DNA of 62,043 nt, the filler included, from Catajapyx aquilonaris (taxonomy: Eukaryota): assembly GCA_000934665.2 (NCBI GenBank). It is 4 parts of 4 records of this genome, joined end to end, with 100 filler letters (N's around TTAATTAATTAA, not from the genome) between each part and the next. Parts side by side here need not be neighbours in the genome. Positions count along the whole stretch, not along the records: positions 15,529 to 30,957 come from JYFJ02007504.1; positions 31,058 to 46,536 come from JYFJ02007505.1; 2 more parts are not named here. One strand, 5' to 3'. Below the pieces are notes generated by a model that saw only the letters and a list, made by a program, of their open reading frames with translations, made no database searches and was not told the origin of the DNA. This document shows positions 28,434 to 41,179 of this stretch, in pieces (the stretch's first letter is position 1; the number at the start of each line of letters is the position of its first letter). Made by a program: the position numbers and the translations under genes.

Positions 28434-28879
28434 CAGGGTGAGGAAATTTGACCAACCGTCGCTTTGGGAGATGATCGAGGGCTTCCAGGCGATCATTTTA
28501 AATATAAGAATCGTGGGTCTCCGCAGCATAGTTACGGAGATAATGTGCTTCAAACACAAGGTATCAAAAACATCCTGGCAGGTATGCGTCCCTCCACACG
28601 ACATTACCTTTTTCATTTAAATTTTATATGTTATCATGTAATATGATTTTAATTTACGATCATATTAGGTGTAGCAGGGGATGACCTAGGCGATGGAAGT
28701 ATCGTAAGCAGTATCCGAAGCGGATCCGAAGCCTATGAGCTGGTATAATGCACTTTTATTTAATGCTAATTATCTCGGTAACTATACGACGGAGACTCAT
28801 GTTGCATGTACTCAAAGTGATCGCCTAGAACCCCGCTATCATTTCCCAAAGCGACGGTAGGTCAAATTTCCGCACCCTG
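28434..28879. mobile_element. Tc1/mariner-type MITE
   Basis: ~70-bp imperfect TIRs beginning CAGGGTG(A/C)GGAAATTTGACC, with TA on both sides. Confidence 0.88.
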
Positions 28880-29762
28880 TATGGAAATAACAAGTGCTGT
28901 TGTATTTATGGCCCCCAAAATGCACTCGTAATAATATTGTAGTATCCACAGTTTAAACCCAATCACTCTCCTGCCATGCTGAAGGTTATAGCAGTGTTTC
29001 TGAGTGTTATACCTTCAGTACGTCAGGTGAGTGTTGGGTGCAGATTTCGGACAAGTGTGTCTCCTATGTACAATTCAAGGTCACATATTGGATACCATTT
29101 AGGGATTATGTTACATCTTATATAAACTTATACTGTATGTAGAGGAAAAATAATACCGAAGAAGTGTTGGGGTTTGCTTTCCAAACAATGATGCCTGTCT
29201 CCTGCTAATTGTATTCTCTTGGCTGAACTTTAGATCGATCCGTTCTCTCTTGGCCTCAGAAAAAGCGAGAATATGCCCGCAGAGAAGGTTCTCGTTACAT
29301 GCTGTCCACTGTACAGTGATTAAACTTGATTACGAGAGGGTCCCCTGCAACAACGTTGCAAGAGCTAGATTAAAAACCAGCATGTATAGGCACTACCTGG
29401 ATTCGCTAATAAGTTATGTGACTACTATTTTCATCTAGTGCACCTCTCCGTTCTTTTATGGTAATGGTGCATAAAAACTGGCCTATTAGAAAATCTGATG
29501 CAAATAAACACCATGAATTATTGCAAAAGGCACAATCGAATAATAATTTAACCCCTTCGCTACCAGCTAGGCCGAAAACGTCCAGATTTTAGCTTACGCG
29601 TATTTTGAAGATACGGACAAGATATTTTACAAATAATAACAGCTATACTTACCCGTTCAGGGAAAACACTATGAATGTGTTGGCTACAATTTTACTCCTC
29701 CGGAAGTCCCTAAATTAATTTTCGAAGAGATCGCTGTAAAAACTTGAAATTCAATTGAAATT

Positions 29763-30486
29763 CAGGGTGGGGCAAAAGTCATGGACGGATAAAAACGACG
29801 CAGCATGGCGTAAGTAACGAACGATTATAAGTATTTTAAAAAATTACACTACACAGAGAAATATATGCCATTTATGGATCAAGGTCCAAAAAAGTCACTT
29901 CTTGAAAACAACACCGGATAGATGTCCACCTTTGCGGGCAACACATTCCTCCAAGCTCCGGATGAAACCCTTCATAATGCGCATGTCCAGGGGAATGGTT
30001 CTCACGGCGAGTCTTATCTGATCCTTAAGATCACCCAATGACTGAGGATGTGTGGCGAACACCCAAACTCTTCAAGTACGGTACCCCCACAAGAAGAAGT
30101 CGGGGGTGGTCAAATCCTGCGACCGCTGCAGCCATGTAATGTCCCCAAATCTCGAAATGACCCGCCCAGGAAACATTTGACTTTTAATTTGTTTGGTGTT
30201 CGCCATACGTCCTCAGTCATTGGCTGAATAAGACACGCCGTGAGAAACATTCCCCTAGACATGCTGGAACGCGTTATGAAGGGTTTCGTCCGGCGCTTGG
30301 AGGAATGTGTTGCCCGCACGGTTGGACATCTATCCGGTGTTGTTTTCAAGAAGTGACTTTTTAGACCTTGATCCATAAATGGCATATCTTTCTCTGTGTA
30401 GTGTAATTTTTAAAAATATAATCGTTCGTTACTTACGCCATGCTGCGTCGTTTTCATCCGCCCATGACTTTTGACCCGCCACCCTG
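29763..30486 (-). mobile_element. Foldback derivative of a Tc1/mariner-superfamily (maT/rosa-like) transposon
   Basis: ~300-bp inverted arms ending CACCCTG-TA; the centre encodes FPGRVISRFGDITWLQRSQDLTTPDFFLWGY, a degenerate WPPRSPDLTPxDFFLWG motif. Confidence 0.9.
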
Positions 30487-30698
30487 TACTACCGGCCAAC
30501 TGCTAGGCCACCGCTTATATTTTCGATTTCACGTACTCTGAAGATAAAAACAATATCTTTTACTAATAATAACAGTTACACTTACACGTTCATGCCGCTC
30601 TTCATGAATGTGCTGGAAACAACTATCATCTAGAAGTTCCTGTATAAATTTTCACAAAATTACTACATTACTAGGCCTACATTTAGGTATACAGTATA

Positions 30699-30812
30699 GT
30701 CTGGTGACCCCGAGTAGCTTGCCCCCTTGGGTAACTGGTTGTTTACTGCTATCCTTTTACATATGTTGCCATGGTGATTGCCCGCGGGATAGCTTACCCG
30801 GGGTCACCAGAC
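30699..30812. mobile_element. Short MITE
   Basis: TIR GTCTGGTGACCCCG flanked by TA on each side. Confidence 0.7.
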
Positions 30813-30957
30813 TAGGGGAAATACAAAACGCAAGTACTACTGGCCAACTGCTAAGACTGATTTAACCCTTTGATGGCGACGGACATCATATGATGTCCTG
30901 CTGGTTTTTGAACTGGGAGCACTAGAGTTTACACAAAAATGGCGCAGTTTGAGGCTC

Positions 30958-31057
30958 NNNNNNNNNNNNNNNNNNNNNNNNNNNNNNNNNNNNNNNNNNN
31001 NTTAATTAATTAANNNNNNNNNNNNNNNNNNNNNNNNNNNNNNNNNNNNNNNNNNNN
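30958..31057. other. Assembly spacer (44N-TTAATTAATTAA-44N)
   Basis: Same 100-nt construct as at 15429. Confidence 0.95.
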
Positions 31058-32358
31058 TTAAAAAACCACGTGAAAAAGGGGGGGGGGGGGTTCCAATGGA
31101 TACCACGGCAAAGGTCATCTCTGTATGTGTTACCATTTTTGAATAAAAAAATACTCGCCATGACTTTTGACTCACCCGGTGTAACTTCAAAGTCATTGGG
31201 TCAGAGATGACCAAAACATAATAAAAACCATCCTTACGTCGCATATGATGAGAAAAAGGCGTTAGAATTTTTTTCTTCCCACAAACCTAAATGTGTGCAG
31301 TACAGGGTTAAACATAGTAACAGATGAAATTTTCCAGCTGGATGCTGCTAAGTTCTGCCATAACACAACCTGCTTCAAGAAAGTAAATCTGGGTGATATT
31401 GTTTATGTGAGGGAAGCCATAATGTGAGAAATTCCCAGTGGTGGATTCTCAGCACTTCACTGAGCCAAACTGTAGCAACGGTTGTGGGAAACTCTCATGT
31501 TAGCACTGTCCAAATTAGGATAACGGAAGCAGGTTGATCAATGTCATCAAAGGAAGTAATCCTGAAAGCTCAACCAGAATATTATGAATGTGACGAAACA
31601 ACTTCTAAGGGTCATTCCACCAAGTTTTTTTTAAACTTTAGGCCCTGGTCACCTGCAACAAATGTGAAAAAGGCACAAGCTTCAACTGCCCACAGCAAAT
31701 TTGAGGCCAAGAGAGTTGTAGCCTAAATGTTGCATGAAATTAGCACCTTCCATATTTCCAGGTGATTTGTTGCAAGCAGTTATGTGATTGATGGAGATGA
31801 TCAGATGTGCAGTTTTGTAGTACTGGTACATGTGATGAGGCCCTTAAAGGGACACTCCACTCAAAATACAAGTTGGGCTCTAAAAATCTGGCAAAAAAAT
31901 CCTGATTCCGATGGTATAATAAGTTTTTCTGAGAGACGAAGGGTAAGGACAGGGGGAAAGCTGGAAGTGTGTCGTTCGAAAACCGCGCTGTAATTGGGCA
32001 TTTCTGAGGGTGGGTTTTGTCTCAGAAAAATAGTCATCCATCCTAACTTTTAGCAGCACATCTGACAATGGTGGAACACATTTTTTCCAGCTAGATAATT
32101 TAACATCTTTTTTATTAACCATGTATCTCCCGCTGGATTCTGCACTCTTTGGATGGGGGTTTAAAAATAGAGCGCTAAGTGAAAATCACTGGATCTGGCA
32201 CCATTGGTTTCACTTTCGATTCATGCACAAGAGGGGGCTGAACCGTGCCAGACCTACAAACTTATGTTGTATCTTGAGAGAGGGAATCGATTGCCTCACA
32301 TGCTATGCACAAGACCATGGTTGTAGAAGACTCAGGTTAGGTCACTCCCCACCCACCC

Positions 32359-32651
32359 CCTGCCGAGGGGTTTTGCACCGGGTGCTCACCTGAGAGCGCC
32401 ATAAGACATTTCCCAGAGCAATTATGTGGCGATCCTACTGGACTAGGCAGAACTTTATAGGTACGAAAGGGAAGCGCTACATGCTTGCCCAACATGGCCA
32501 CCGGCGGCCATGTTGGGCCCCCCAATGTAGCCCTCCCCTTTCGTACCTATAAAGTTCAGCCTAGTCCAGTAGGGTCGCCACATAATTGATGCTCTGGGAA
32601 ATGTCTTATGGCGCTCTCAGGTGAGCACCCGGTGCAAAACCCCTCGGCAGG
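32359..32651. repeat. ~290-bp GC-rich palindrome (foldback/MITE)
   Basis: Arms beginning CCTGCCGAGGGGTTTTGCACCGGGTGCTCACCTGAGAGCGCCATAAGACATTTCCCAGAGCA are nearly perfectly inverted. Confidence 0.9.
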
Positions 32652-33394
32652 TGATAAGCCCAGAATGTAGGGGTAGTGTCTGTGGGCTGCACAAGACGAT
32701 GATGTCATCCTATTGCAACAGCTACTCGTTGGTTTTTTTTGACGGCTTCCAACCTTCGGAATCACCCAATATAATTCTACATGATTGCCCACTCCCTCTG
32801 ATGAATTATGAAAACATTAAGTGTAAAATTTTAAGGTCCGGTTTAAAAGGAGGTAATGTGAGCCACCAAGTACAAAAAAAGGGTGGCTCAGGTGATCCAA
32901 GGCCACCGCCCGAAGCTCCGAGCAGTCCGCCCGGCCAATCAGGAGCGAGGACACTTTTTACTGCCGCAATGGTGGTGGTGGAGGAGTTTTCCTACCCTTA
33001 ACAGATCTTTCTGATTTTTTCCCCGGCAAAACGTATGTCGCACACTTTCGGGAACTTTTAAATGGCTGCATGTCCACTTACCGGGAAATATGTGGCAGGG
33101 AGCTATGTGTAGGCTATTTAAATTAGTGCAGCAAGTACTTGTTTACAATGAATGAGACCTTTGGCCTATGATGTCATGCCATTAAAAATATCACGTGAGT
33201 GGCATAAATACTCATGAACATAGAAACTAGAAGAGTTACCTAAGTGCTAAGGCTATGGTGAAAGAAATTTCCATCGGGTTATACCAGTGAATAAAAAAAT
33301 AATAATTGTGCTTGTAAGATAATACAACCATCACATCATGGTCACGGGAGGGCTAACAGTAGAATGATTTTTTTTTAAATGTATGAATTGACAT

Positions 33395-33941
33395 ATCGTA
33401 TTTACTCGCATATAAGACGCACACGCGTATAAGACGCACCCCGGTTTTGAGGCGAAAAATCGTGTAAAATCGGTTGTTGACTCATATAAGACGCACCCAG
33501 ATTTATTGCCGTAGTTTGGGAACTGGCCTCGCAATGCATGTGCAATGCATGTGCGTGTGGAATCCATTAGAATCCAGTAAAGGGGGGGGGGGGTGGAAAA
33601 TGGGACAATGCTACGCATCTGAAACGTATAGGTGGCAAGGTCACACCGGGATTGTGCACGTGTGGGGACGGGGAGAGCATATCAATGGAAGTGAAGGAGA
33701 AACGCAGGTCGTACCGTGCCAATTTCAAGAGGAAAGTGATCAACTGTGCTGACAGGACATCAAACAGACAAGCTTAAATTTTTCAATATACGATTTTCAC
33801 GATTTCTCACGGGTTTCACCCGTTGTGCCCTGCCGTATAAGACGCACACGCGTATAAGACGCACACGCATATAAGACGCACCCTACTTTTTGAGCTACAA
33901 AAATCGAAAAAAAAGTGCGTCTTATATGCGAGTAAATACGG
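33395..33941 (+). mobile_element. pogo/Tc2-type non-autonomous DNA transposon
   Basis: TIR (C)CGTATTTACTCGCATATAAGACGCAC with TA; subterminal TATAAGACGCAC repeats; remnant MEVKEKRRSYRANFKRKVINCADRTSNRQA at ~33684-33773 resembles a Brinker-type DNA-binding N-terminus. Confidence 0.85.
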
Positions 33942-34106
33942 TAACTGCATGCTCTTAGGCAAAGAAAATGCCATGTAAATTATTACAAAGGCTAGTTGAA
34001 TTGAAAATAATATATTTATAAAACTGAGAAATACTTTGAACCACCTTTAGGCTCTCCAATCTTCATTGAGTGTAGACTGAATAACTATGAACACCTATTT
34101 TTTCAG

Positions 34107-34422
34107 ATTGTCTGACAGAGGTGGCGGCATCCCGCACTCTCTCTTGTCTCGGGTCATGGAGTATAACTTCAGCACTGCAACAGATGCTTCTACCCATGCC
34201 TGCAGCTATGCCCCTGAGTCGGGTCCACTCTCTGCTCTTACTGCTGCCCCTTCCTCAATGTCCTCCCCCATGCATGGCTTTGGTTTTGGTCTGCCCACTT
34301 CTAGAGCCTATGCGGAGTATTTGGGTGGAAGTCTCAGTATCCAGTCACTGCAAGGTATCGGGACAGATGTATATCTGCGCCTGAAGCATATTCACTCAAA
34401 ACACGACTCCTTTAGGATATGA
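34107..34422 (+). CDS. BCKDK: Branched-chain alpha-ketoacid dehydrogenase kinase, terminal coding exon (HATPase_c C-terminal part)
   Basis: TTTTTTCAG acceptor; LSDRGGGI...[39 protein letters not shown]...SFRI* matches the BCKDK C-terminus as I recall it. No upstream exons were found in this segment. Confidence 0.93.
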
Positions 34423-35580
34423 CACCTGCTATGGTAACAGCATACCAGTGATTGCCTTCAATTGTCATATTATCATAAGATTCTGTGATACAAAGTAAGA
34501 CTTGAATTACTTTATATGGAACAGATAGTCTGCTAGTCAAGTGATATTGTGATGTCTATGAACTAAAAGGAGGACTCTCTAACTTCTAAGTGCCAATATT
34601 TGTACTTATGCAAGGTCACAGATCATCACATGATATGTCACATGAGTAACTTAACCACATTTCAGTACCAATTTTGTACCACTATGAATATAAAGAAAGT
34701 GCTTCACAAGGACAAGTCCTGGTAAAAGGCCACTGCTTTGTAAAGGAACGTAAAACAATGATGACTTTCATACGTTCTAAGTCACTGCTGGAGTCAGCCC
34801 AAGAAAGCACTTTCCCATGCTGCATTTATTTATAAAATATAATGTGTTACTATTCATTACAACACATATTATCATTTTTCCAGCATTTATTCGTTGAATT
34901 TTGGGAATAAATAGTAAAACTTCTGAAAGCTCCCCTCCACACATGTGCTTCTCCTTCCCCCAGATGGAATAGGGTATACATGGCACATCATGCCTCTAAA
35001 AGCATGGCTAACTTGCATCTACCTGCAGTCCTTTTGCGCTTATTTAAATGTTACACTATTTAATTTACAGTAATGTCTTCTTTGAATTTACCATGAGGTT
35101 TCTTAAATCAATTGATATGTCATGTGCATAAGACATGCAGTATGTTGGCCCTAGAAGTAATGCACAGATTTCAGGTGTATGTCTTTTTTTTTCAGCGAGG
35201 GTATCGCATATATTTGGGATTTCATTTGAAACTGGCAACTGTAGGCCTACTTCAAAACCCCTGGGCTGACTCGAGCAGCTAGACAGGATTCTTCCATGTG
35301 CTTTCTAATGTTCCCATGGTTAAGATGGGTTCATAAGCTCTCTTGAACTGAGTTCTTGCCATGCTTTCTGGTCTGCAACCAAAGCCCCATTGGCTTTCTA
35401 AGTGAATGAGCTGTGAGAATTTACTTCTCACTATTCTACCAGTCTCACTGTACTAAAAAGTGCTCACAGCCACTGGTCCTCATGAACTCGAAAACCCACC
35501 TTTTGTAATAAATTGTTGGAAGATACTACTAAATTTAACAATGAAAAACTGACCTCATGATTTTGCAATTTTTTGATATA

Positions 35581-36491
35581 CTCCTAGGATGAAAGAGTTC
35601 ACGGAATTCACCAATTACTCACCTACCTTGAGAAGAAGAGAGACGGGTTTTTTGGTGTATCTGCACACAATCCTAATGAGTCAGTGTGCCAAGTGACATT
35701 GTCTTTTGTACATCTGAGGTCATCTTGCATGTGCTTTTGTGAACCCACAGTACGTCTACTCATCATTCCACAATGGCCGCACAAACGTTTATGCGTAAAG
35801 ATTTTCTAGTAACTCAGGAAATATTCAACTGAGACACTAGGAAAGCTTCATCAGGCTTCTGGTGATCAAGCTTTTAGAGTTTAGACCATAAGCAGTGTTT
35901 TGAGTCGCAATTACCATTCAAGTGTGGTCAATGTCTGTTGAAGGTCACTAGCACTCGGAAAGACCACACATCAACACAACCTTTGAAAAGTTTGAACAAT
36001 TTCGATAAATCATTTGTGAAGACCATCCCCATACCATTCATGAGATCTGTGACAGAGATGGGATTCAGTTCCAGGTCATTCATATGCATGAAATGAACGT
36101 GTATCGTGACTTGTCCCCAGGCTCCTGACACCTGACCAGAAACACTGGTGCCTAAACGTGTCCAGGAGCTTTGAGAAACCGTAAATGGCAACTTGGCTTT
36201 CATCAAAGATGATGAAAATTGTCGTGGCAATCTTTACAGTCGAAAAGCCAACTTTCGTCACCTGTGATCCACACAGAGTGCGCCTTTTTGTCAGAATCAC
36301 AGGATTGATGCGTAGACTTGCATTGGGTTCACAAAAGCGCATGCGAGACGCGTTCAGATGTACGCAGGACAATGCCACTTGGCACACTGACTAATTAAGA
36401 TTGTGTGCAAATACACCTAAAAGTGCATCTCTCTACTTCTCAAGGCAACCCAGTAATCGGTTAATTCCAGGAACTTTTTGATCCTACTATG
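35581..36491 (+). mobile_element. Decayed mariner element with long (~200-bp) inverted ends
   Basis: Inverted arms TGCACACAATC..AGTCAGTGTGCCAAGTG.CATTGTC; frameshifted transposase remnants (ICEDHPHTIHEI, VPRLLTPDQK). Confidence 0.8.
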
Positions 36492-37745
36492 TACAGTATA
36501 TTTCTCTCCTTTTTTTATTGCTATGGACATTCTTTCATGTGTTATTGAGAAGTTGTTCTGTTGTGATATGACACTCTTGTGGTCACATCTGTTCTGGAGA
36601 TTGTGTGTTACTGCCTTAGATGATTTGGAAGCGGGTTATACAGTTGTTGTGGACTAAATGTCTATAACATATTTGTTATTGTTAATATTACCATATTTAA
36701 AATAAAAACAGTTGACGCTTTTACTCGTACTTTGTGATTCATGTTCAGAATCATATGTGGAAGCATATGCAATGGGAATTATTATTTTTTAAATCCTGGG
36801 ATGGCACTGGCATTGTGAAATGGCCGTTCCCGTCAACGTCAACCTGAACCTCCCCTAATTACCTGGCAGTCCTCTGCGGCAGACACGGTGGGGTGGGCCG
36901 CAGGGTCTGTTGGACAGCGGGGCAGCCTCGGGGTGGTGTGGGGCAGAGCTCCACAATGAACCAGGGAAGGTTGGATGCGGTGGGTTAATCAGCCAGCCGG
37001 CAGTCACTCTTCCCCGTTTGGCGGGGGGGGGGGGGGGGNGGGGGTGTTTAAAGGGCTGTGATTGAAGACCTCAGGGGAAAACTAAGATTTTGCAATTTCA
37101 AACTTTGAAGACCCACCACAATTCTAGTGTACAGTACATCACAACATGCAACAATTAAAACCAGTATTGTTGTCAGCATGGGTCTTTATTTATCAACATC
37201 AGTACCACATGTGGCTAAGGGCAGGTCCACATAAAAATGTCAATAACCCTGGGGTATCAATGGCATGAGGCTCTGCAAATCATTGCATTATGCTTGCAAA
37301 ATTGGCAGTCGCCCTGGGTGCATCTCACGAGGCTGACCTGAAGGTAGTACATGCCTCTTCACAACAATTGACGATCCCCATGGCTCATCAAAAGTGTTCC
37401 TGTGAAAGATGAGCGTGCTTCACTTTCAATGATCTTCCACTCTCTGCTATTCTGAATAGGAAATAGGCATTTGGAGACAGAGTTTTTGTAGATATGTGGT
37501 GCAGTTCTTAAACATATCCTGCTCACATAACATTGAATTACGCAAACAGGATTCGGCTTTCGATGTGCATCTGCAGATATCTTGGCCAGGCTGAGATTTC
37601 TAATGGCCTAGGATTTCTTACTAGCAGATGATCCTGCCATATGTACAACTGCTATGTATATAACTGTGTATGTAACTGCATATGTATAACTGCTGCAAGT
37701 CAAAATTCTGTTCTCAAATCCTGTGAAGCATTAAAATTTAAATCC

Positions 37746-38015
37746 TAGGGTGACACGGTGGCCGAGCGGTTTGCGCCGCAGCCTTCCACCTCTAAGGTCC
37801 CGAGTTCGATCTCCGGGTCGGACGGAGGATACTTATGTGGATAGAGTTTCGATGGGTTCTCTCCGTGTTCGCGTCGGTTTTCTCGGGGTTCTCCCGTTTC
37901 CTCCCACTATCAAAATCCATCACATTTCAGGCAAATGATTAAAGTCGGGTATTCAAAAGATGATCCCCTAAGAGGCCCAAGGGGCCTATCACGGGGTATC
38001 CATTATTTAAAAAAA
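37746..38015 (+). mobile_element. tRNA-derived SINE with V-domain-like core (family D)
   Basis: A box TGGCCGAGCGG, B box GAGTTCGATCT; core GTTCTCTCCGTGTTCGCGTCGGTTTTCTCGGGGTTCTCCCGTTTCCTCCCAC resembles the V-SINE domain; A tail; approximate TSD AAAATTTAAATCC. Confidence 0.8.
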
Positions 38016-38055
38016 AAAATTTTAAATCCCTAAAGAGTATTAATTACCAAATTAA

Positions 38056-38416
38056 AGGAAGATGAAGTGGCGCCGCGGTAACGCGCGCGCCCACGGATAT
38101 GAAGGTCCCGGGTTCAATCCCCACCCGGGGTTCCCACCTTTATCCGTGCAGAGTTGGGCCATCTCTGGCTTCATTTCGGGTGGCAATTTCCGACAGACTA
38201 AGCCACCCGGGGGAGTTCACAAAATGACCGTTAGAGACATTGCACTTGCACTTTGCACATCCCCTCCTATTCATCCCCCCTTCGCTCGCGGTACCCGGGC
38301 GTTACGGAAAAGGACCACTTGTAAAAGCTTGTACATCTTAAGCAAATAAAGGTACCGTGCCAGATGCCCAATTAGGGCGGTGCACTAACCCAATTATTAT
38401 TATTAATTATTATTAT
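38056..38416 (+). mobile_element. tRNA-derived SINE (family A)
   Basis: Same head and core as the 14342 copy; (ATT)n tail; TSD TATTAATTACCAAATTA. Confidence 0.9.
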
Positions 38417-38966
38417 TATTAATTACCAAATTAGGACCTTAAGAGGGAAATTTGTTGCATATATGCATTTAATTCTGCTTGGCTCGTGGCTCGTACTTCA
38501 GAGCCATGAACCAAACGGATTCTCAACCTGAAACTACCAGCAAGTCTTGTTTCCAAACAGAACATATGGACCAGCCAGGACCTTCTGAGGCCTCCACTTA
38601 TGAAGAGCCTGAGCCAACCAAGTGGAAATGTACCCATTCATTTGCCTTGGCTAGGTCTTCCAAGATGCAGGACAGCAGGCCAAAACCAGCTTCATGCCTT
38701 TTTGGTGTGGACAAGTCATCTTGGAAGGCAGGTCTGCCTAAGGGGGAAAGGATTCCAGTTAAAATAAAAGCAGGACCCCCAATAAAGCCAAGGCCAGGGA
38801 TGCTCCTACCACGTAGCATGCTGGAGGGGTACACGTTTGGTAGAGGATCTTGAATAAAAACAGATACTTTACCTTTCCCTGAAGGTTCGTAAGGTAGTTT
38901 CTGTTTTTAAAAATAGGGCATGACACTGTACAATTTGGCATCCAGGGTCATAAAGATTTGATAGAC

Positions 38967-39149
38967 ACCTGCACAATGTGTCCCCTCCCCAAAAATCCCT
39001 TTCCCTACCGGCTACCCTATATCCTAGTATTCCTTGCACGGAGTTTTAAGTTAATTGAAAAACTGTATGGTGGTCTACCACCCCCTAAACGAGCCGAAGG
39101 CTCGAGCACGGGGTATCAATAATAAAAAAATAAAAAATAAAAATAAAAA
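38967..39149 (+). mobile_element. 5'-truncated SINE (family B-like 3' half)
   Basis: CACCTGCACAATGTGTCCCCTCCC...ATGGTGGT...CACGGGGTA plus an (AAAAAT)n tail; short flanking repeat TTGATAGA. Confidence 0.75.
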
Positions 39150-39226
39150 TTGATAGAAATGCTGATGTCATTTATTTACATGAATTGTAAAACAATTTGA
39201 TGTTGCCTTACTTGCCCTAAATTTTA

Positions 39227-39650
39227 TTTTATTTTATTTTATTTATTTGGGATCCCCCTTGAGACCCATTGGTCAATGCAGGGGGAGGGGATCTCCATTT
39301 TTCTAGACTTTTCAATCTCACCAGTGCAGGGACAGGGAAGGGATAGGGAGGGAGGAACAAGGTGCAGTGCACTGTCCTGTGGTGGGGGCCGTGTGCAGTC
39401 CCTCAGGGGGCCAAGCTTTAGACACCCCCCTAGGCGCGGGCGGAAGTCCCCCACCGAACACCGCGCCTCCTCCAGGGAAAGGAAGGAAGCGGCTGTGGCC
39501 TATATAACGGTACGGTCCCGGGATTTCCCTGGGGTGACCTTGGAAAACCACAGAAAACCAAGGTCAGGACCGCCGGCCTCCGGGACTCGAACCCAGGACC
39601 TCCCGATTAGCAGTCGGACACCATATCCACTACACCACTACTGCTTCGGT
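39227..39650 (-). mobile_element. tRNA-derived SINE (family C head with a family B-like 3' module)
   Basis: Head and body match the 27371 copy; (AATAA)n tail; 16-bp TSD CTTGCCCTAAATTTTA. Confidence 0.9.
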
Positions 39651-40302
39651 CTTGCCCTAAATTTTACATCCCATTCCTTTCACTGGTGATTGATTGTTTC
39701 TATTTGTACTTGTGCATTATAGGGGCATTCTCTCAATGCAACATATGCTCTCAGCAGCTCAATTACTGTAATCCTGTAATACAATATTTGCACATTTTAA
39801 AGTGTAAAACTTTCTTTGCCCTAGTATGTTGCACTTACCATTTGGCTGCTATTTAATAGGCCTTGCTTTATCTTAAGAGCAGCATGTAACATTAGCATTG
39901 CCTCTGGCTGCATCCTGGCCTTTTATGGGTGTGTTGATGGTTGCCACTGTTGTGAGAAAAGGGAAGCCAAAGTAAAAAATGGCTGCCTCTTGCACTTGGC
40001 CATAGTTGCATGAAAACAATTGTATCAGTTGGCAGATGACACTGAAGAGAGCAGGATGTGGGTGGAGTATTTCCCTGGATATTGTGAATTAATTCAGGGC
40101 TATGCTGATGTGTATTATTGATTTAGTAATAGGCAAGATTGAGTTCAGGGCAGATGCTGATTCTGAAGAAACCCTGTGTTTCCATCACAACCAGCCTGAG
40201 AAGTTAGTTATGGGCAAGACCATGGAAGAATGGCTGCAGTTCTCGGTTTGCTTCTGGTATACTTTCAGAGGGACAGTCAATTATCCACTGTTACAGTTTT
40301 AA

Positions 40303-40554
40303 CCCTGGAACCATGCTGTGGGGTCTTTTTGGACCCCACGGAAAAAAAAGCATTAAAATGATAATTACAATGAACTTTTGCCATTTTTTTTACAGTATAT
40401 AACAGGAAGTGCAGGTTTATTTTGAATTAGCCATCCTTTTAGGCATTGTTCAAAGAATGATTGTATAGTCAATACATTGAAAAGTATTATATAATATTAA
40501 TAAAAATTAAAATATGGATGGGGTCTTAAAAGACCCCACGGCATGGTTCCAGGG
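40303..40554. mobile_element. piggyBac-type MITE
   Basis: TTAA duplication; TIR CCCTGGAACCATGC; subterminal GGGGTC-N-GACCCC palindromes. Confidence 0.9.
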
Positions 40555-41179
40555 TTAAAAACAGAAAATGAAATAATTATCGAGACGGCGCGTCATTCAG
40601 TATTATTGTACGTACTTCATAAATGACAAACGTTACTATTTGGTGTTGGAATTACTACCATCTTACCATAGCAAATTATTTTATACGTCATGCTGTACTT
40701 GATACTTGTAAGTTTATGAAACATTACATTATGTACGTTTGTTAGATATGCACGATGATTTTAGTCAAGAACGTTCAAAAAACACGTGACATCGCAGAAG
40801 AGGTGGACAGACCAGCTCAGATCAGAACTTCCCAGTATTCCGGACAATGCACGTTATTGACTTCTGAGGGCTTTGGAAATGCCACAGTTGAGTTCATAGA
40901 TCCAGAAAACCTAGGAAATGACACCAGAACGACTACCACAGCCCAACAGATATGCAGGTAACAAGCAATTTTCACTTGCTCATTTAAAAATATATTTGCA
41001 TGACTGTACTAAAATTACCCGAAACTTTTGAAGGTGACCCAACACTGAAAATACTCCATTAGGTATTTAGGTGCGATTAGGTGCACCTTGGAACACAGAA
41101 ATAAAAATCATTTTTTGCTGGAAGACTTCCGAGTCGACTTGCATAATACAATATTTGAATAAGCCGCTGGGAGGGTATT

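Noticed and set aside
31840..33001. Possible Kolobok-type element (TTAA-AGGG...CCC-TTAA)
   Set aside because: The two ends match too poorly to define TIRs.
31058..34106. Upstream BCKDK exons
   Set aside because: No BCKDK motifs (e.g. ELLKNAMRA) were seen; they probably lie outside this segment. There is no evidence for a pseudogene.
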